64,000 nt of DNA from an uncultured Candidatus Rokubacteria bacterium (GTDB taxonomy: Bacteria > Methylomirabilota > Methylomirabilia > Rokubacteriales > DASRDR01): the NCBI GenBank assembly GCA_963805625.1, contig CAWDVE010000010.1, positions 256,001 through 320,000 of the forward strand, given 5' to 3'. Positions within the stretch are counted from its first letter, which is position 1, and the number at the start of each line of letters is the position of its first letter. Positions 43,019-51,133 of the stretch are shown here, in pieces. A model generated the notes under the pieces. That model did not search any database, was not told where the DNA came from, and saw only the letters and a list, made by a program, of their open reading frames with translations. The translations under genes were made by a program, and so were the position numbers.

Positions 43019-43768
43019 ATGCCGCCCGTCCGGCTACACAAGCTCATCGCCGAAGCGGGCGTCGCGTCGCGGCGGGCCGCCGAGCGGCTGATCGTGGCGG
43101 GCCGGGTCCGAGTCAACGGCGTGCTCGTGACAGAGCTCGGTGCCCACGCCGACCCCGAACGGGACCGCGTCGAGGTCGACGGGCGGTCGCTTCCGAGAGC
43201 CGAGCCGAAGCGCTACGTGCTTCTGCACAAGCCCCCGGGGTTCCTCACCACCCGTGAGGATCTGCGGGGGCGGCCTCTCGTGTTCGACCTCGTGCCGGAG
43301 CTCGGCGTTCGCCTCCACTCGGTGGGGCGGCTCGATTTCGACGCCGAGGGGCTCCTCCTGCTGACCAACGATGGTGCCCTCACGTTCCATCTCACCCATC
43401 CCCGGCACGGCGTCCGCCGCGTCTACCACGTCCTCGTCGAGGGACGCCTCGAGCCGGACGTGCTGCGGGCGCTCGAGCGTGGGGTGGTCCTGGAAGACGG
43501 GCCGGGCCGCGTCGACCGCGCTCGGAGGCTGCGTGGCGAGGGTACCGGGCGAAACTGGGTCGAGCTCAGCCTGTCCGAGGGGCGGTACCGGGAAGTCAAG
43601 CGGCTCTGCCGCGCGGTGGGCCTCGTCGTGCAGCGCCTCCGGCGGGTCGCCTTCGGGCCGCTCGAGCTGGGGGACCTGCCGTTGGGGCAGTGGAGGGAGC
43701 TGACGCCGGCCGAGGTGAGGAGTCTGGCGGCCGCGGGGCGGGGCGACCTTTCCAGTCGCGGGCGCTAG
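43019..43768 (+). CDS. rluB: 23S rRNA pseudouridine synthase (RluB/RsuA family)
   Basis: S4 domain (GVASRRAAE), HKPPG, VGRLD catalytic motif, GLLLLTNDG, EGRYREVKR; follows scpAB. Confidence 0.9.
   Translation: MPPVRLHKLIAEAGVASRRAAERLIVAGRVRVNGVLVTELGAHADPERDRVEVDGRSLPRAEPKRYVLLHKPPGFLTTREDLRGRPLVFDLVPELGVRLHSVGRLDFDAEGLLLLTNDGALTFHLTHPRHGVRRVYHVLVEGRLEPDVLRALERGVVLEDGPGRVDRARRLRGEGTGRNWVELSLSEGRYREVKRLCRAVGLVVQRLRRVAFGPLELGDLPLGQWRELTPAEVRSLAAAGRGDLSSRGR
43634..43717 (+). repeat. direct repeat copy 1 (3' end of rluB)
   Basis: 72/84 nt identical to 46500-46583 by manual alignment, with a perfect 22-nt core GGGCAGTGGAGGGAGCTGACGC. Confidence 0.92.
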
Positions 43769-43997
43769 CCCAAGATGGACCGATGGAGGGACATGAGCCG
43801 CTCTTGCCGAAGGGGTTGCATCACAGATCGGTTCCGCGGCGCGCGCTGAACCGGGCTGGTCGCTACGAGGTAGGGCCCAGAGCGCATTCGCGAGTTTCGC
43901 CCCGCTTGCACGACGCGGTGATCGAGATCCTGAGGCTCGTCGGCCCGTGACGGGCGCGCGGTCGCCCCATAGACCGTGGGCGCGAAGCGCACGAATC

Positions 43998-44026
43998 TTG
44001 TGCGGCCTGACCGACTCCACTATCAT
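43998..44026 (+). promoter_or_regulatory. putative sigma70 promoter of the islet
   Basis: TTGTGC-N17-TATCAT. Confidence 0.5.
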
Positions 44027-44118
44027 ATGAGGCAAGCGCGCACTGAGTCAGTTTCTGGTCAGCCGCCTGCCGGAGTGAAGCGATCGAGACCTTCGAGTTC
44101 CCGTCAAGAGGTCGAAGC

Positions 44119-44250
44119 ATGAAGATGCTGCCCAATGTCGATATCCCCCATGAGTCGTTCAACAGCCTTGTGCGGGCCGGTACTGCAGGAGACACGATCA
44201 ACAGCATTCTCGAGAGCCTCAAGCCGCAGGCGGCCGAGCAGTGGACCTAG
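44119..44250 (+). pseudogene. truncated 43-aa relic of a small hypothetical protein
   Basis: AAGAGG RBS, then MKMLPNVDIPHESFNSLVRAGTAGDTINSILESLKPQAAEQWT*; resembles (from memory, unverified) the N-terminal part of a ~100-aa uncharacterised family. Confidence 0.5.
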
Positions 44251-44269
44251 CAGCCGGATCGCCCGGGGC

Positions 44270-44737
44270 ATGATTCCCGATCGAGTGGTCGAGGTCCTGC
44301 ATGGCCCAGTGTTCATTCAAATCGGGACCCGAGACGAGGCGCTTCGGCCTGCGCACACCTTTGCTGTGGGGGCAGTGGTCCACGAGGACCGGCAGACGGT
44401 GACGGTCTTCGTCCCGACCGCTCGCGCGGCGCGCGTCCTGCGCGATCTGACGGAGAACGGTCGGATGGCGCTCGGTGTCGCGCTCGCCAACCACGAGGCC
44501 TACCAGCTCAAGGGAACATACCTCTCATCCCGACCCACGGATGACGCAGACCGGGCCCGCCAGGAGGTGTACCGCAGCGCGCTGTTGGCGTCTGCCCTCG
44601 CGGCCGGCTTCCCGGACGCGATTGCGCGGCCGCTGACCCTCGGCCTTGCCTACACGCCGGGCGTCGCGATCACCTTTCGGGTGGCGGAGGTTTTTCTACA
44701 GACTCCGGGGCCCGGTGCCGGGACCCTCTTGTCCTAG
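44270..44737 (+). CDS. PNPOx-like split-barrel protein A (155 aa, C-terminal QTPGPGAG)
   Basis: IGTRDEALRP...DLTENGRMAL...HEAYQLKG pattern of pyridoxamine-5'-phosphate-oxidase-like barrels; ATG 44270 preferred over 44135. Confidence 0.7.
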   Translation: MIPDRVVEVLHGPVFIQIGTRDEALRPAHTFAVGAVVHEDRQTVTVFVPTARAARVLRDLTENGRMALGVALANHEAYQLKGTYLSSRPTDDADRARQEVYRSALLASALAAGFPDAIARPLTLGLAYTPGVAITFRVAEVFLQTPGPGAGTLLS

Positions 44738-44752
44738 GAGAAGCAGCGGTTC

Positions 44753-45187
44753 ATGGGCCTCTTACCAGACGAGATCAAGCCGGCCCTGCAGGGTGTGATT
44801 CCGTCGCACGTCGTGACGTGCTCGCGGGACGGCACGCCGAACGCGAGCGCGATTTCGCAGGTCTACTACGTCGATCCCGATCACGTGGCGCTCTCCCACC
44901 AGTTCTTCAACAAGACCAAGCGCAACATCGAGGAGAATTCTCAGGCCGCGGCATGGGTGATCAGTCCCGAGACCTTCGAGACGTGGGACCTCGAACTGGA
45001 GTTCGTCCGGTCCGACATCAGCGGGCCGATCTTCGACGTCATGGAGATGCAGATCGAGGCCATCGCCTCCATGGTTGGAATGAAGGGCATCTTCAAGCTT
45101 CGGGCCGCTGACATCTTCCGGGTGGCGGCCGTGAGGAAGACCGTCGGAGAGCGCATCCCGCTAGCGGAGATTCCCGGGCCTCGCTGA
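44753..45187 (+). CDS. PNPOx-like split-barrel protein B (144 aa)
   Basis: VVTCSRDGTPN...SQV...FFNKTKRNIEEN, the T-x3-DG-x-P and K-T-x2-N-x3-N pattern of FMN-binding split barrels; AGGAG RBS. Confidence 0.8.
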   Translation: MGLLPDEIKPALQGVIPSHVVTCSRDGTPNASAISQVYYVDPDHVALSHQFFNKTKRNIEENSQAAAWVISPETFETWDLELEFVRSDISGPIFDVMEMQIEAIASMVGMKGIFKLRAADIFRVAAVRKTVGERIPLAEIPGPR

Positions 45188-45202
45188 CGTCACAATACGA
45201 CA

Positions 45203-46498
45203 GTGGCTGCTGATCCCCGCGATCCGTCCGCGCTCCGTGAGCAAGTCGCCAAGAATCAGCAGACGATCGACCGCCTGAACCGCGACCTTGCCAGGAAGTC
45301 CAACGACGTCCGGATCATCCAGCAGATCTCCTCCGAGATCACTTCCACGCTAGACCTTGACGAGGTCCTGGAGATTATCCTCCGGGCGATGGATCGCGTC
45401 CTCGGCTTCACGCACTCCATGATCCTCCTCAAGGACCTGGTCGCCGACCTCCTAAGCGTCGCGGCGACCCGCGGTTACACCGACGAGGGCGCCGGGGCTC
45501 AGGTGCGTTTGGGAGAGGGCGTCATCGGCGTGGTCGGCGAGCGCCGGAAGATGATGCGGATCGGGAACATCGGCGCCAGCATGCGCTACCTGAAGAGCGT
45601 GCGCGCGCGGATGGAAGCCGCGGGCGAGGTCGGCCCCGGAGAGGCGACGGCTTCGATGCCGGGCCTACCGGACGCGCAGAGCCAGCTTGCCCTGCCCCTC
45701 ACCGTCAAGGACCACCTCGTGGGCGTCCTGGTCGTGGAGAGCCGAACGCCGAACGCCTTCGACGAGCTGGACGAAGTCCTCCTAAGCATCGTCGGGAACC
45801 AGGCGGCGACTGCCATCGACAACGCACGTACCTACCGAATGGTTGAGCAGCTGGGCCGCCTGAAGCGCTTCTTCTCGCCCCAGCTGGCCGAGCTGATCAT
45901 CCGGGGCGGGGCGGACGATCCCCTGAAGACGCACCGGCGAGAGGTTACGGTCGTCTTCCTCGACCTCCGCGGGTTTACCGCCTTCGCGGAGACCTCCGAG
46001 CCCGAGGAGCTGATGGGGGTACTGCGCGAGTACCATGCCGAGATGGGCAAGCTGATCCTCGCCCACGAGGGGACTCTGGAGCGGTTCACAGGCGACGGGA
46101 TGATGGTCTTCTTCAACGACCCCCTCCCGATGCCGGACGCCGCGGAACGCGCCGTGCGCATGGCGGTGGCCATGCGGGAACGGGCCGCCGAGCTGGCGGT
46201 ACGCTGGCACCGCAGCGGCTACGAGCTTGACCTCGGCATCGGCGTCGCCAAGGGGTTCGCCACCATCGGCGCCATTGGCTTCGAGGGGCGCTGGGACTAC
46301 GGCGCGATCGGCACCGTCACCAACCTGGCTGCGCGTCTCTGCGGCGAGGCCAAGCCCGGCCAGATCCTGATCTCGCCCCGACTTCTCCCGGAGCTGGAGC
46401 AGCTCCTGGAGGTCGAGGAGGTGGGACTCCTGGCCGTCAAGGGTCTGGCGAGACCGGTGAAAGCGGTGAACATCGTGAGGCTCCGGGACCCCGCCTGA
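45203..46498 (+). CDS. coiled-coil + GAF + class III nucleotidyl (adenylate/guanylate) cyclase
   Basis: N-terminal coil; GAF (LDLDEVL, GEGVIG, LALPL, VGVLVVES, F...D); cyclase motifs FLDLRGFT, RFTGDG, GIGVAKG, NLAARL. Confidence 0.93.
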   Translation: MAADPRDPSALREQVAKNQQTIDRLNRDLARKSNDVRIIQQISSEITSTLDLDEVLEIILRAMDRVLGFTHSMILLKDLVADLLSVAATRGYTDEGAGAQVRLGEGVIGVVGERRKMMRIGNIGASMRYLKSVRARMEAAGEVGPGEATASMPGLPDAQSQLALPLTVKDHLVGVLVVESRTPNAFDELDEVLLSIVGNQAATAIDNARTYRMVEQLGRLKRFFSPQLAELIIRGGADDPLKTHRREVTVVFLDLRGFTAFAETSEPEELMGVLREYHAEMGKLILAHEGTLERFTGDGMMVFFNDPLPMPDAAERAVRMAVAMRERAAELAVRWHRSGYELDLGIGVAKGFATIGAIGFEGRWDYGAIGTVTNLAARLCGEAKPGQILISPRLLPELEQLLEVEEVGLLAVKGLARPVKAVNIVRLRDPA

Positions 46499-46499
46499 C

Positions 46500-46634
46500 C
46501 GCCCTCGGCGGGTCACTTTCGGGTCGCTCGAGCTGGGCGAGCTGCCGCCAGGGCAGTGGAGGGAGCTGACGCTGGTCGAGGTGGCCCGTCTGGCCGCTTT
46601 CCGGGCCGAGGCGCCATCCCGCCCTCCGTTCTGA
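46500..46634 (+). pseudogene. displaced, decaying duplicate of the rluB 3' end (repeat copy 2)
   Basis: reads RPRRVTFGSLELGELPPGQWRELTLVEVARLAAF...* versus rluB RLRRVAFGPLELGDLPLGQWRELTPAEVRSLAAA...*; both reach a stop at codon 45. Confidence 0.88.
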
Positions 46635-46707
46635 GCCGGCTGCTGTCGGTCTTCGCGGAAGGGGCCCCTCCGGCCCTCTCTCGGGGCCGCCCCTGGCGGG
46701 GGCTTGC

Positions 46708-46736
46708 TTGCGTGGCGCCTATCCCTGGCCTATACT
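46708..46736 (+). promoter_or_regulatory. sigma70 promoter for the pheA run
   Basis: TTGCGT-N17-TATACT; GGAG RBS before ATG 46773. Confidence 0.65.
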
Positions 46737-46772
46737 ATGCGGGCTTTTCTACGCCCCCCTCCTGGAGATTTG

Positions 46773-47837
46773 ATGGGTTTGGATGAATGGCGAGCACGTA
46801 TCGATGAAATCGACCGCCAACTCCTCCGGTTGCTCAGCCAACGGGCGGAGCTCTCGCTCGAGATTGGCCGCGCGAAGCGAGAGGCCGGTGAGCCGGTCCT
46901 GGTCCCCGAGCGCGAGCAGGAGATCCTCGACGAACTGGCTCGTCTGAACCCGGGGCCGCTGCCTGCCGGGGCGATCCGCGCGATCTGGTCCGAGGTCCTG
47001 TCGGCTTCTCGCTGTCTCCAGCGGCCGTTCCGCGTGGCCTACCTCGGCCCCCAGGGAACTAACACGCATCTGGCCGCGCTCCGGCACTTCGGCTCGAGCG
47101 CCGAGTTCCTGCCCGCGCGCGGCATTCCCGAGGTCTTCGAGGAAGTCGAGCGCGGCCGGGCGGACGTCGGAGTCGTGCCGATCGAGAACTCGAGCGAGGG
47201 GGTGGTGAACCACACCCTCGACGGGCTGATCGACTCGGAGCTCCTGATCTGCGGAGAGGTGTCGCTCGAGATTCACCACAACCTCCTCTCCCGCGCCGCC
47301 GATCTCGGCGACGTCAAGCGTGTCTTCTCGCATCCCCAGGCCCTGGCCCAGTGTCGCGGCTGGCTCAACCGGCACGTGCCGGACGCCGAGGTGGTGGAGA
47401 TGGCGTCCACGTCGATGGCGGCGGAGCAGGCCGCGCTCGACGCCTCCACGGCGGCGGTGGCGAGCGAGTTGGCCGGCCAGCTGTACCGCATCCCCGCGCT
47501 TCGCGAGCGCATCGAGGACTACGCGAACAACGTCACCCGGTTCCTCGTGATCGGCCGCCGGGCCGCCGGCCGGACGGGACGGGACAAGACCTCGATCCTG
47601 TTCTCGATCCGCGACGAGGTAGGTACGCTCCACCGGATCCTGGAGCCGTTCGCGCGCGCGCGCCTGAGCCTCACGAAGATCGAGTCGCGGCCCACCCGGC
47701 GACGACCGTGGGAGTACGTCTTTTTCGTGGACTTCGAGGGCCACCGGGACGACCCGGTGACGCAGGGCGTGCTGGCGGCCGTCCGCGAGCGCTGTCTCTT
47801 TCTCAAGGTTCTCGGGTCGTACCCGGTGCTGGTGTGA
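46773..47837 (+). CDS. pheA: chorismate mutase / prephenate dehydratase
   Basis: RARIDEID, YLGPQGT, PIENSSEG, SHPQALAQC, NVTRF, IESRP, LGSYP. Confidence 0.96.
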   Translation: MGLDEWRARIDEIDRQLLRLLSQRAELSLEIGRAKREAGEPVLVPEREQEILDELARLNPGPLPAGAIRAIWSEVLSASRCLQRPFRVAYLGPQGTNTHLAALRHFGSSAEFLPARGIPEVFEEVERGRADVGVVPIENSSEGVVNHTLDGLIDSELLICGEVSLEIHHNLLSRAADLGDVKRVFSHPQALAQCRGWLNRHVPDAEVVEMASTSMAAEQAALDASTAAVASELAGQLYRIPALRERIEDYANNVTRFLVIGRRAAGRTGRDKTSILFSIRDEVGTLHRILEPFARARLSLTKIESRPTRRRPWEYVFFVDFEGHRDDPVTQGVLAAVRERCLFLKVLGSYPVLV

Positions 47838-47847
47838 GGCGCGCGAC

Positions 47848-48963
47848 GTGAGCGCCGCCTGGGAGCGCCTGGTCAACGAGCCGATCCTGGACATCCATCC
47901 CTACCAGCCCGGCAAGCCTATCGAGGAGCTCGAGCGGGAGCTCGGTATCCCGGGAGCGGTCAAGCTGGCGTCGAACGAGAACCCCTTCCCGCCGCCGCCC
48001 GGCGTGCTGGAGGCGCTCCGGAAGACGCTCGCCGGGCTCCACCGGTACCCGGACGGTTCCGGCTATTACCTCCGGCAGGCTCTCGCGAAGAAGCACGGAG
48101 TATCCCCCGAGTCGATCGTGCTGGGGAACGGCTCTAACGAGCTGATCGAGCTCCTCGCCCGGACGTTCGTGCGACCCGGCGAGGAAGTCGTCCTCCCGCA
48201 CCCCTCGTTCGTCGTCTATCCGTCGATCGTCCAGGCCGTTGGCGGAACTCGCGTGGTGGTGACGCTGAAGGAGCACCGGATCGACCTGTCGAAAATGCGC
48301 CACGCGGTCACCGCGCTCACGAAGATGGTGTTCATCGCCAACCCGAACAACCCGACGGGCACGATCGTGACGGCGGAAGAAGTCGAGACGTTCCTCGACA
48401 AGGTGCCGGGCCACGTGATCGTCGTGTTCGACGAGGCCTACTACGACTTCGCCGCCGGTCCGGACTTCCCGGACACGCTGGGCCACGTTCGGCACGGGAG
48501 GCGCGTCGTCGTCCTGCGGACGTTCTCGAAGATGGCGAGCCTGGCGGGGCTCCGGGTGGGCTATGCCGTCGCCGACCCCGATTGCATCGCGCTCGTGAAC
48601 CGCATCCGCCAGCCGTTCAACGTGAACACGCTGGCCCAGGTCGCGGCGCTCGCCGCCCTGGGAGACGAGTCTCACGTTCAGCGATCCGTCGAGGCCGTGC
48701 GCGAGGGCGTGCGAAGCCTGGCGGCGGCGCTCACCGCCCTGGGCGTCCGCCACGTCCCGAGCCGCGCCAACTTCGTCCTCGCCGAGTTCGACGATGCGAC
48801 GCGAGTGTACGAGCAGCTCCTCAAGCTCGGCTTGATCGTGCGTCCAATGACGAGCTTCGGCCTCGAGCGGGCGCTCCGGATCACGGTCGGGACGCCCGGG
48901 GAGAACGCACGGCTGGTAGAGGCGCTACGGACGGTGCTCGGGAAGGGAGCCGCCCACTCGTGA
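47848..48963 (+). CDS. hisC: histidinol-phosphate aminotransferase
   Basis: YQPGKP, KLASNENP, NPNNPTG, DEAY, RTFSK..LAGLRVG. Confidence 0.95.
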   Translation: MSAAWERLVNEPILDIHPYQPGKPIEELERELGIPGAVKLASNENPFPPPPGVLEALRKTLAGLHRYPDGSGYYLRQALAKKHGVSPESIVLGNGSNELIELLARTFVRPGEEVVLPHPSFVVYPSIVQAVGGTRVVVTLKEHRIDLSKMRHAVTALTKMVFIANPNNPTGTIVTAEEVETFLDKVPGHVIVVFDEAYYDFAAGPDFPDTLGHVRHGRRVVVLRTFSKMASLAGLRVGYAVADPDCIALVNRIRQPFNVNTLAQVAALAALGDESHVQRSVEAVREGVRSLAAALTALGVRHVPSRANFVLAEFDDATRVYEQLLKLGLIVRPMTSFGLERALRITVGTPGENARLVEALRTVLGKGAAHS

Positions 48964-49811
48964 GCGCGCCCCGCTGGCCGCGCCTGACGGTCGTGGGCCC
49001 GGGCCTCATCGGGGGTTCGGTTGCCCGGGGTGTCCGGGCCCGAGGGCTGGCCCGCGAGGTGGTCGTGGTGGCGCGGCACGAGGCCGCGATCCGGGTGGCG
49101 CTCGACGCTGGGGCGGCCGACATGGGCACGACCGACCTGGCAGCGGGCGTCGCGGGTGCGAGCCTGGTCGTGCTGTGCGCGCCGGTGGGAGCCCTGCCGG
49201 GCCTCGTTCGCGCCGCGTGGCCGCATCTCGCGCCCGGCGCGGTCCTGACCGACGCCGGCAGCGTGAAGCGGAGCGTGGTCGACGCGGCGCGCGGATGTCC
49301 GGCTCGGGCGGGGATGAGCTTCGTCGGCGGGCACCCGATGGCCGGCTCCGAGCGCTCGGGCTTCGAGGCATCGGCGGCGGACCTCTTCGATGGGCGGCTC
49401 GCGCTCCTGACGCCCACCCCCGACACGCCCGAATCCGCGGTCCTGACCGCGACCGCTCTCTGGGAGGGACTCGGGAGCACAGTGCGGCGGCTCTCCCCGG
49501 AGGCCCACGACCATCTGGTCGCCCAGATCAGCCACCTGCCGCACCTGGCGGCCTACGCGCTGGTCTCGGCGGCTGACGGGGACGCGCTCCCTCTCGCGGG
49601 GCGCGGCTTCATCGACACGACGCGCATCGCGGCGTCCGCCGAGGCGCTCTGGGGGGACATCTTCCGCGAGAACAGGGGACCGCTGCTCGACGCGCTCGCG
49701 CGCTACGAGACGGTCCTCGGACGCTGGCGCGAGCTCGCGGCGCGCGGCGACTGGGCGACCCTCGAGGCGGAGCTCGGACGCGCCCGCGAGGTTCGGGAGA
49801 AGCTCGCGTGA
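48960..49811 (+). CDS. tyrA: prephenate/arogenate dehydrogenase
   Basis: GPGLIGGS, DAGSVK, GGHPMAGSE, HD...SHLPH, DTTRIA. Confidence 0.93.
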   Translation: MSAPRWPRLTVVGPGLIGGSVARGVRARGLAREVVVVARHEAAIRVALDAGAADMGTTDLAAGVAGASLVVLCAPVGALPGLVRAAWPHLAPGAVLTDAGSVKRSVVDAARGCPARAGMSFVGGHPMAGSERSGFEASAADLFDGRLALLTPTPDTPESAVLTATALWEGLGSTVRRLSPEAHDHLVAQISHLPHLAAYALVSAADGDALPLAGRGFIDTTRIAASAEALWGDIFRENRGPLLDALARYETVLGRWRELAARGDWATLEAELGRAREVREKLA

Positions 49812-51133
49812 ACGCCGTCGTCCGTCCCGTCCGACACATCGCCGGCACGATCTCCGTGCCTGGCGACAAGTCGGTGTCGCACCGCGCCGCGCTCCTCGGA
49901 GCGCTCGCCGACGGGCTCACCGAGGTGCAGGGCTTCCTCGAGGGCGAGGACTGCCTGGCGACTCTGCGAGCCGTCGCGGCGCTCGGCGCCGAGGTGGCGC
50001 GAAAGGGCCCCGGGCACTTCGTGATCCAGGGGGCAGGGCAGGAGGGGCTCACGGAGCCGGGTGACGTCGTCGACTGTGGGAACTCCGGGACCATGGCGCG
50101 GCTCCTGGTGGGTGTCCTGGCGGGCCAGCCATTCACCACGGTGCTGACGGGCGACGAGTCGCTCCGCCGGCGCCCCATGGATCGCGTGATGGAGCCGCTC
50201 ACGCGGATGGGCGCCCGTGTCGTCGGGAGGCGGGGCGGCGCCAGGCTGCCGCTGGCAATCGTCGGCGCGCGGCCGCTTCACCCCATCCGCCACGTCTCGC
50301 CGGTGGCGAGCGCGCAGGTGAAGTCGGCCGTGCTCCTGGCCGGGCTTTCGGCGTCCGGGCCGGTGAGTGTGGTGGAGCCGGTCCGGAGTCGCGACCACAC
50401 CGAGCGGATGCTGACCGCGTTCGGTGGGGACGTCCGGCTGGACGGCGAGACGGTCACGGTGGTCCCGGGCCGCCGGCTAGTGGGCCGTCTCTGCCGCGTG
50501 CCGGGCGACATCTCGTCGGCCGCGTTCTTCCTTGTCGCAGGCGCGGTCGCCCCGGACGGGGCGGTGACCGTCCGGGGAGTGGGTGTCAACCCCACCCGGA
50601 CCGGAGCGCTCGACGTCCTCGAGGCGATGGGAGCGCGAGTCGACGTCGCGGCGCGCGAGGGGGACGGCGAGCCGATCGCGGATCTCCGGATCGGACCGGG
50701 GCCTCTTCGCGGGGTCGAGATAGGCGGCACACTCGTGCCACGGGCCATCGACGAGATGCCGATCCTGGCCGTGGCCGCGGCCTGCGCGGAGGGCCCCACC
50801 GTCGTGCGCGACGCGGCCGAGCTTCGCGTGAAGGAATCGGACCGGATCCGCGCCATTGCGTCGGAGCTCGGCAAGATGGGCGTTGCGATCGAGGAGCGAC
50901 CGGATGGCTTCCGCGTCGCGGGCCGCTCCGCGGGAGCCGCGGCGCCGTTCCGCGGGGCCCGAGTGTCGAGCTGGGGCGACCACCGCCTCGCGATGGCGCT
51001 CGTGGTGGCCGGGCTCCTGGCGGACGGTCCGACCCTGGTCGAGGGAATCGACTGCATCGCCACCTCCTATCCGGACTTCGTGGCCACGTGCCGCGCCCTG
51101 GCCGGCGAGGATGCCGTCGAGGTGGTGGCGTGA
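49808..51133 (+). CDS. aroA: EPSP synthase
   Basis: PGDKSVSHR, GNSGT, RRPM, SAQVKS, RDHTE, RVKESDR, DHR. Confidence 0.97.
   Translation: MNAVVRPVRHIAGTISVPGDKSVSHRAALLGALADGLTEVQGFLEGEDCLATLRAVAALGAEVARKGPGHFVIQGAGQEGLTEPGDVVDCGNSGTMARLLVGVLAGQPFTTVLTGDESLRRRPMDRVMEPLTRMGARVVGRRGGARLPLAIVGARPLHPIRHVSPVASAQVKSAVLLAGLSASGPVSVVEPVRSRDHTERMLTAFGGDVRLDGETVTVVPGRRLVGRLCRVPGDISSAAFFLVAGAVAPDGAVTVRGVGVNPTRTGALDVLEAMGARVDVAAREGDGEPIADLRIGPGPLRGVEIGGTLVPRAIDEMPILAVAAACAEGPTVVRDAAELRVKESDRIRAIASELGKMGVAIEERPDGFRVAGRSAGAAAPFRGARVSSWGDHRLAMALVVAGLLADGPTLVEGIDCIATSYPDFVATCRALAGEDAVEVVA

Larger units (their letters stand above)
43769..46499 (+). mobile_element. horizontally acquired islet between duplicated rluB 3' ends (no integrase seen)
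   Basis: interrupts rluB-pheA, flanked by diverged rluB-tail repeats, visibly less GC-biased than the flanks. Confidence 0.7.

Noticed and set aside
43769-43990. Short ORFs at the left end of the islet (e.g. ...LHDAVIEILRLVGP*)
   Set aside because: May be another gene relic, but no family is recognisable and there is no clear start; left unassigned.
44135-44269. Upstream extension of barrel gene A in the ORF track (200-aa version)
   Set aside because: Ser/Arg-rich non-domain sequence that overlaps the RBS-led relic ORF in another frame; ATG 44270 fits the domain start.
45185-45192. Palindrome TGACGTCA (CRE-like) next to a cyclase gene
   Set aside because: A eukaryotic motif; an 8-bp palindrome is expected by chance and it does not match a CRP site.
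45185-45240. Selenocysteine recoding of the in-frame TGA between gene B and the cyclase
   Set aside because: No convincing bacterial SECIS hairpin downstream, and the position is a linker rather than a Cys-equivalent site.
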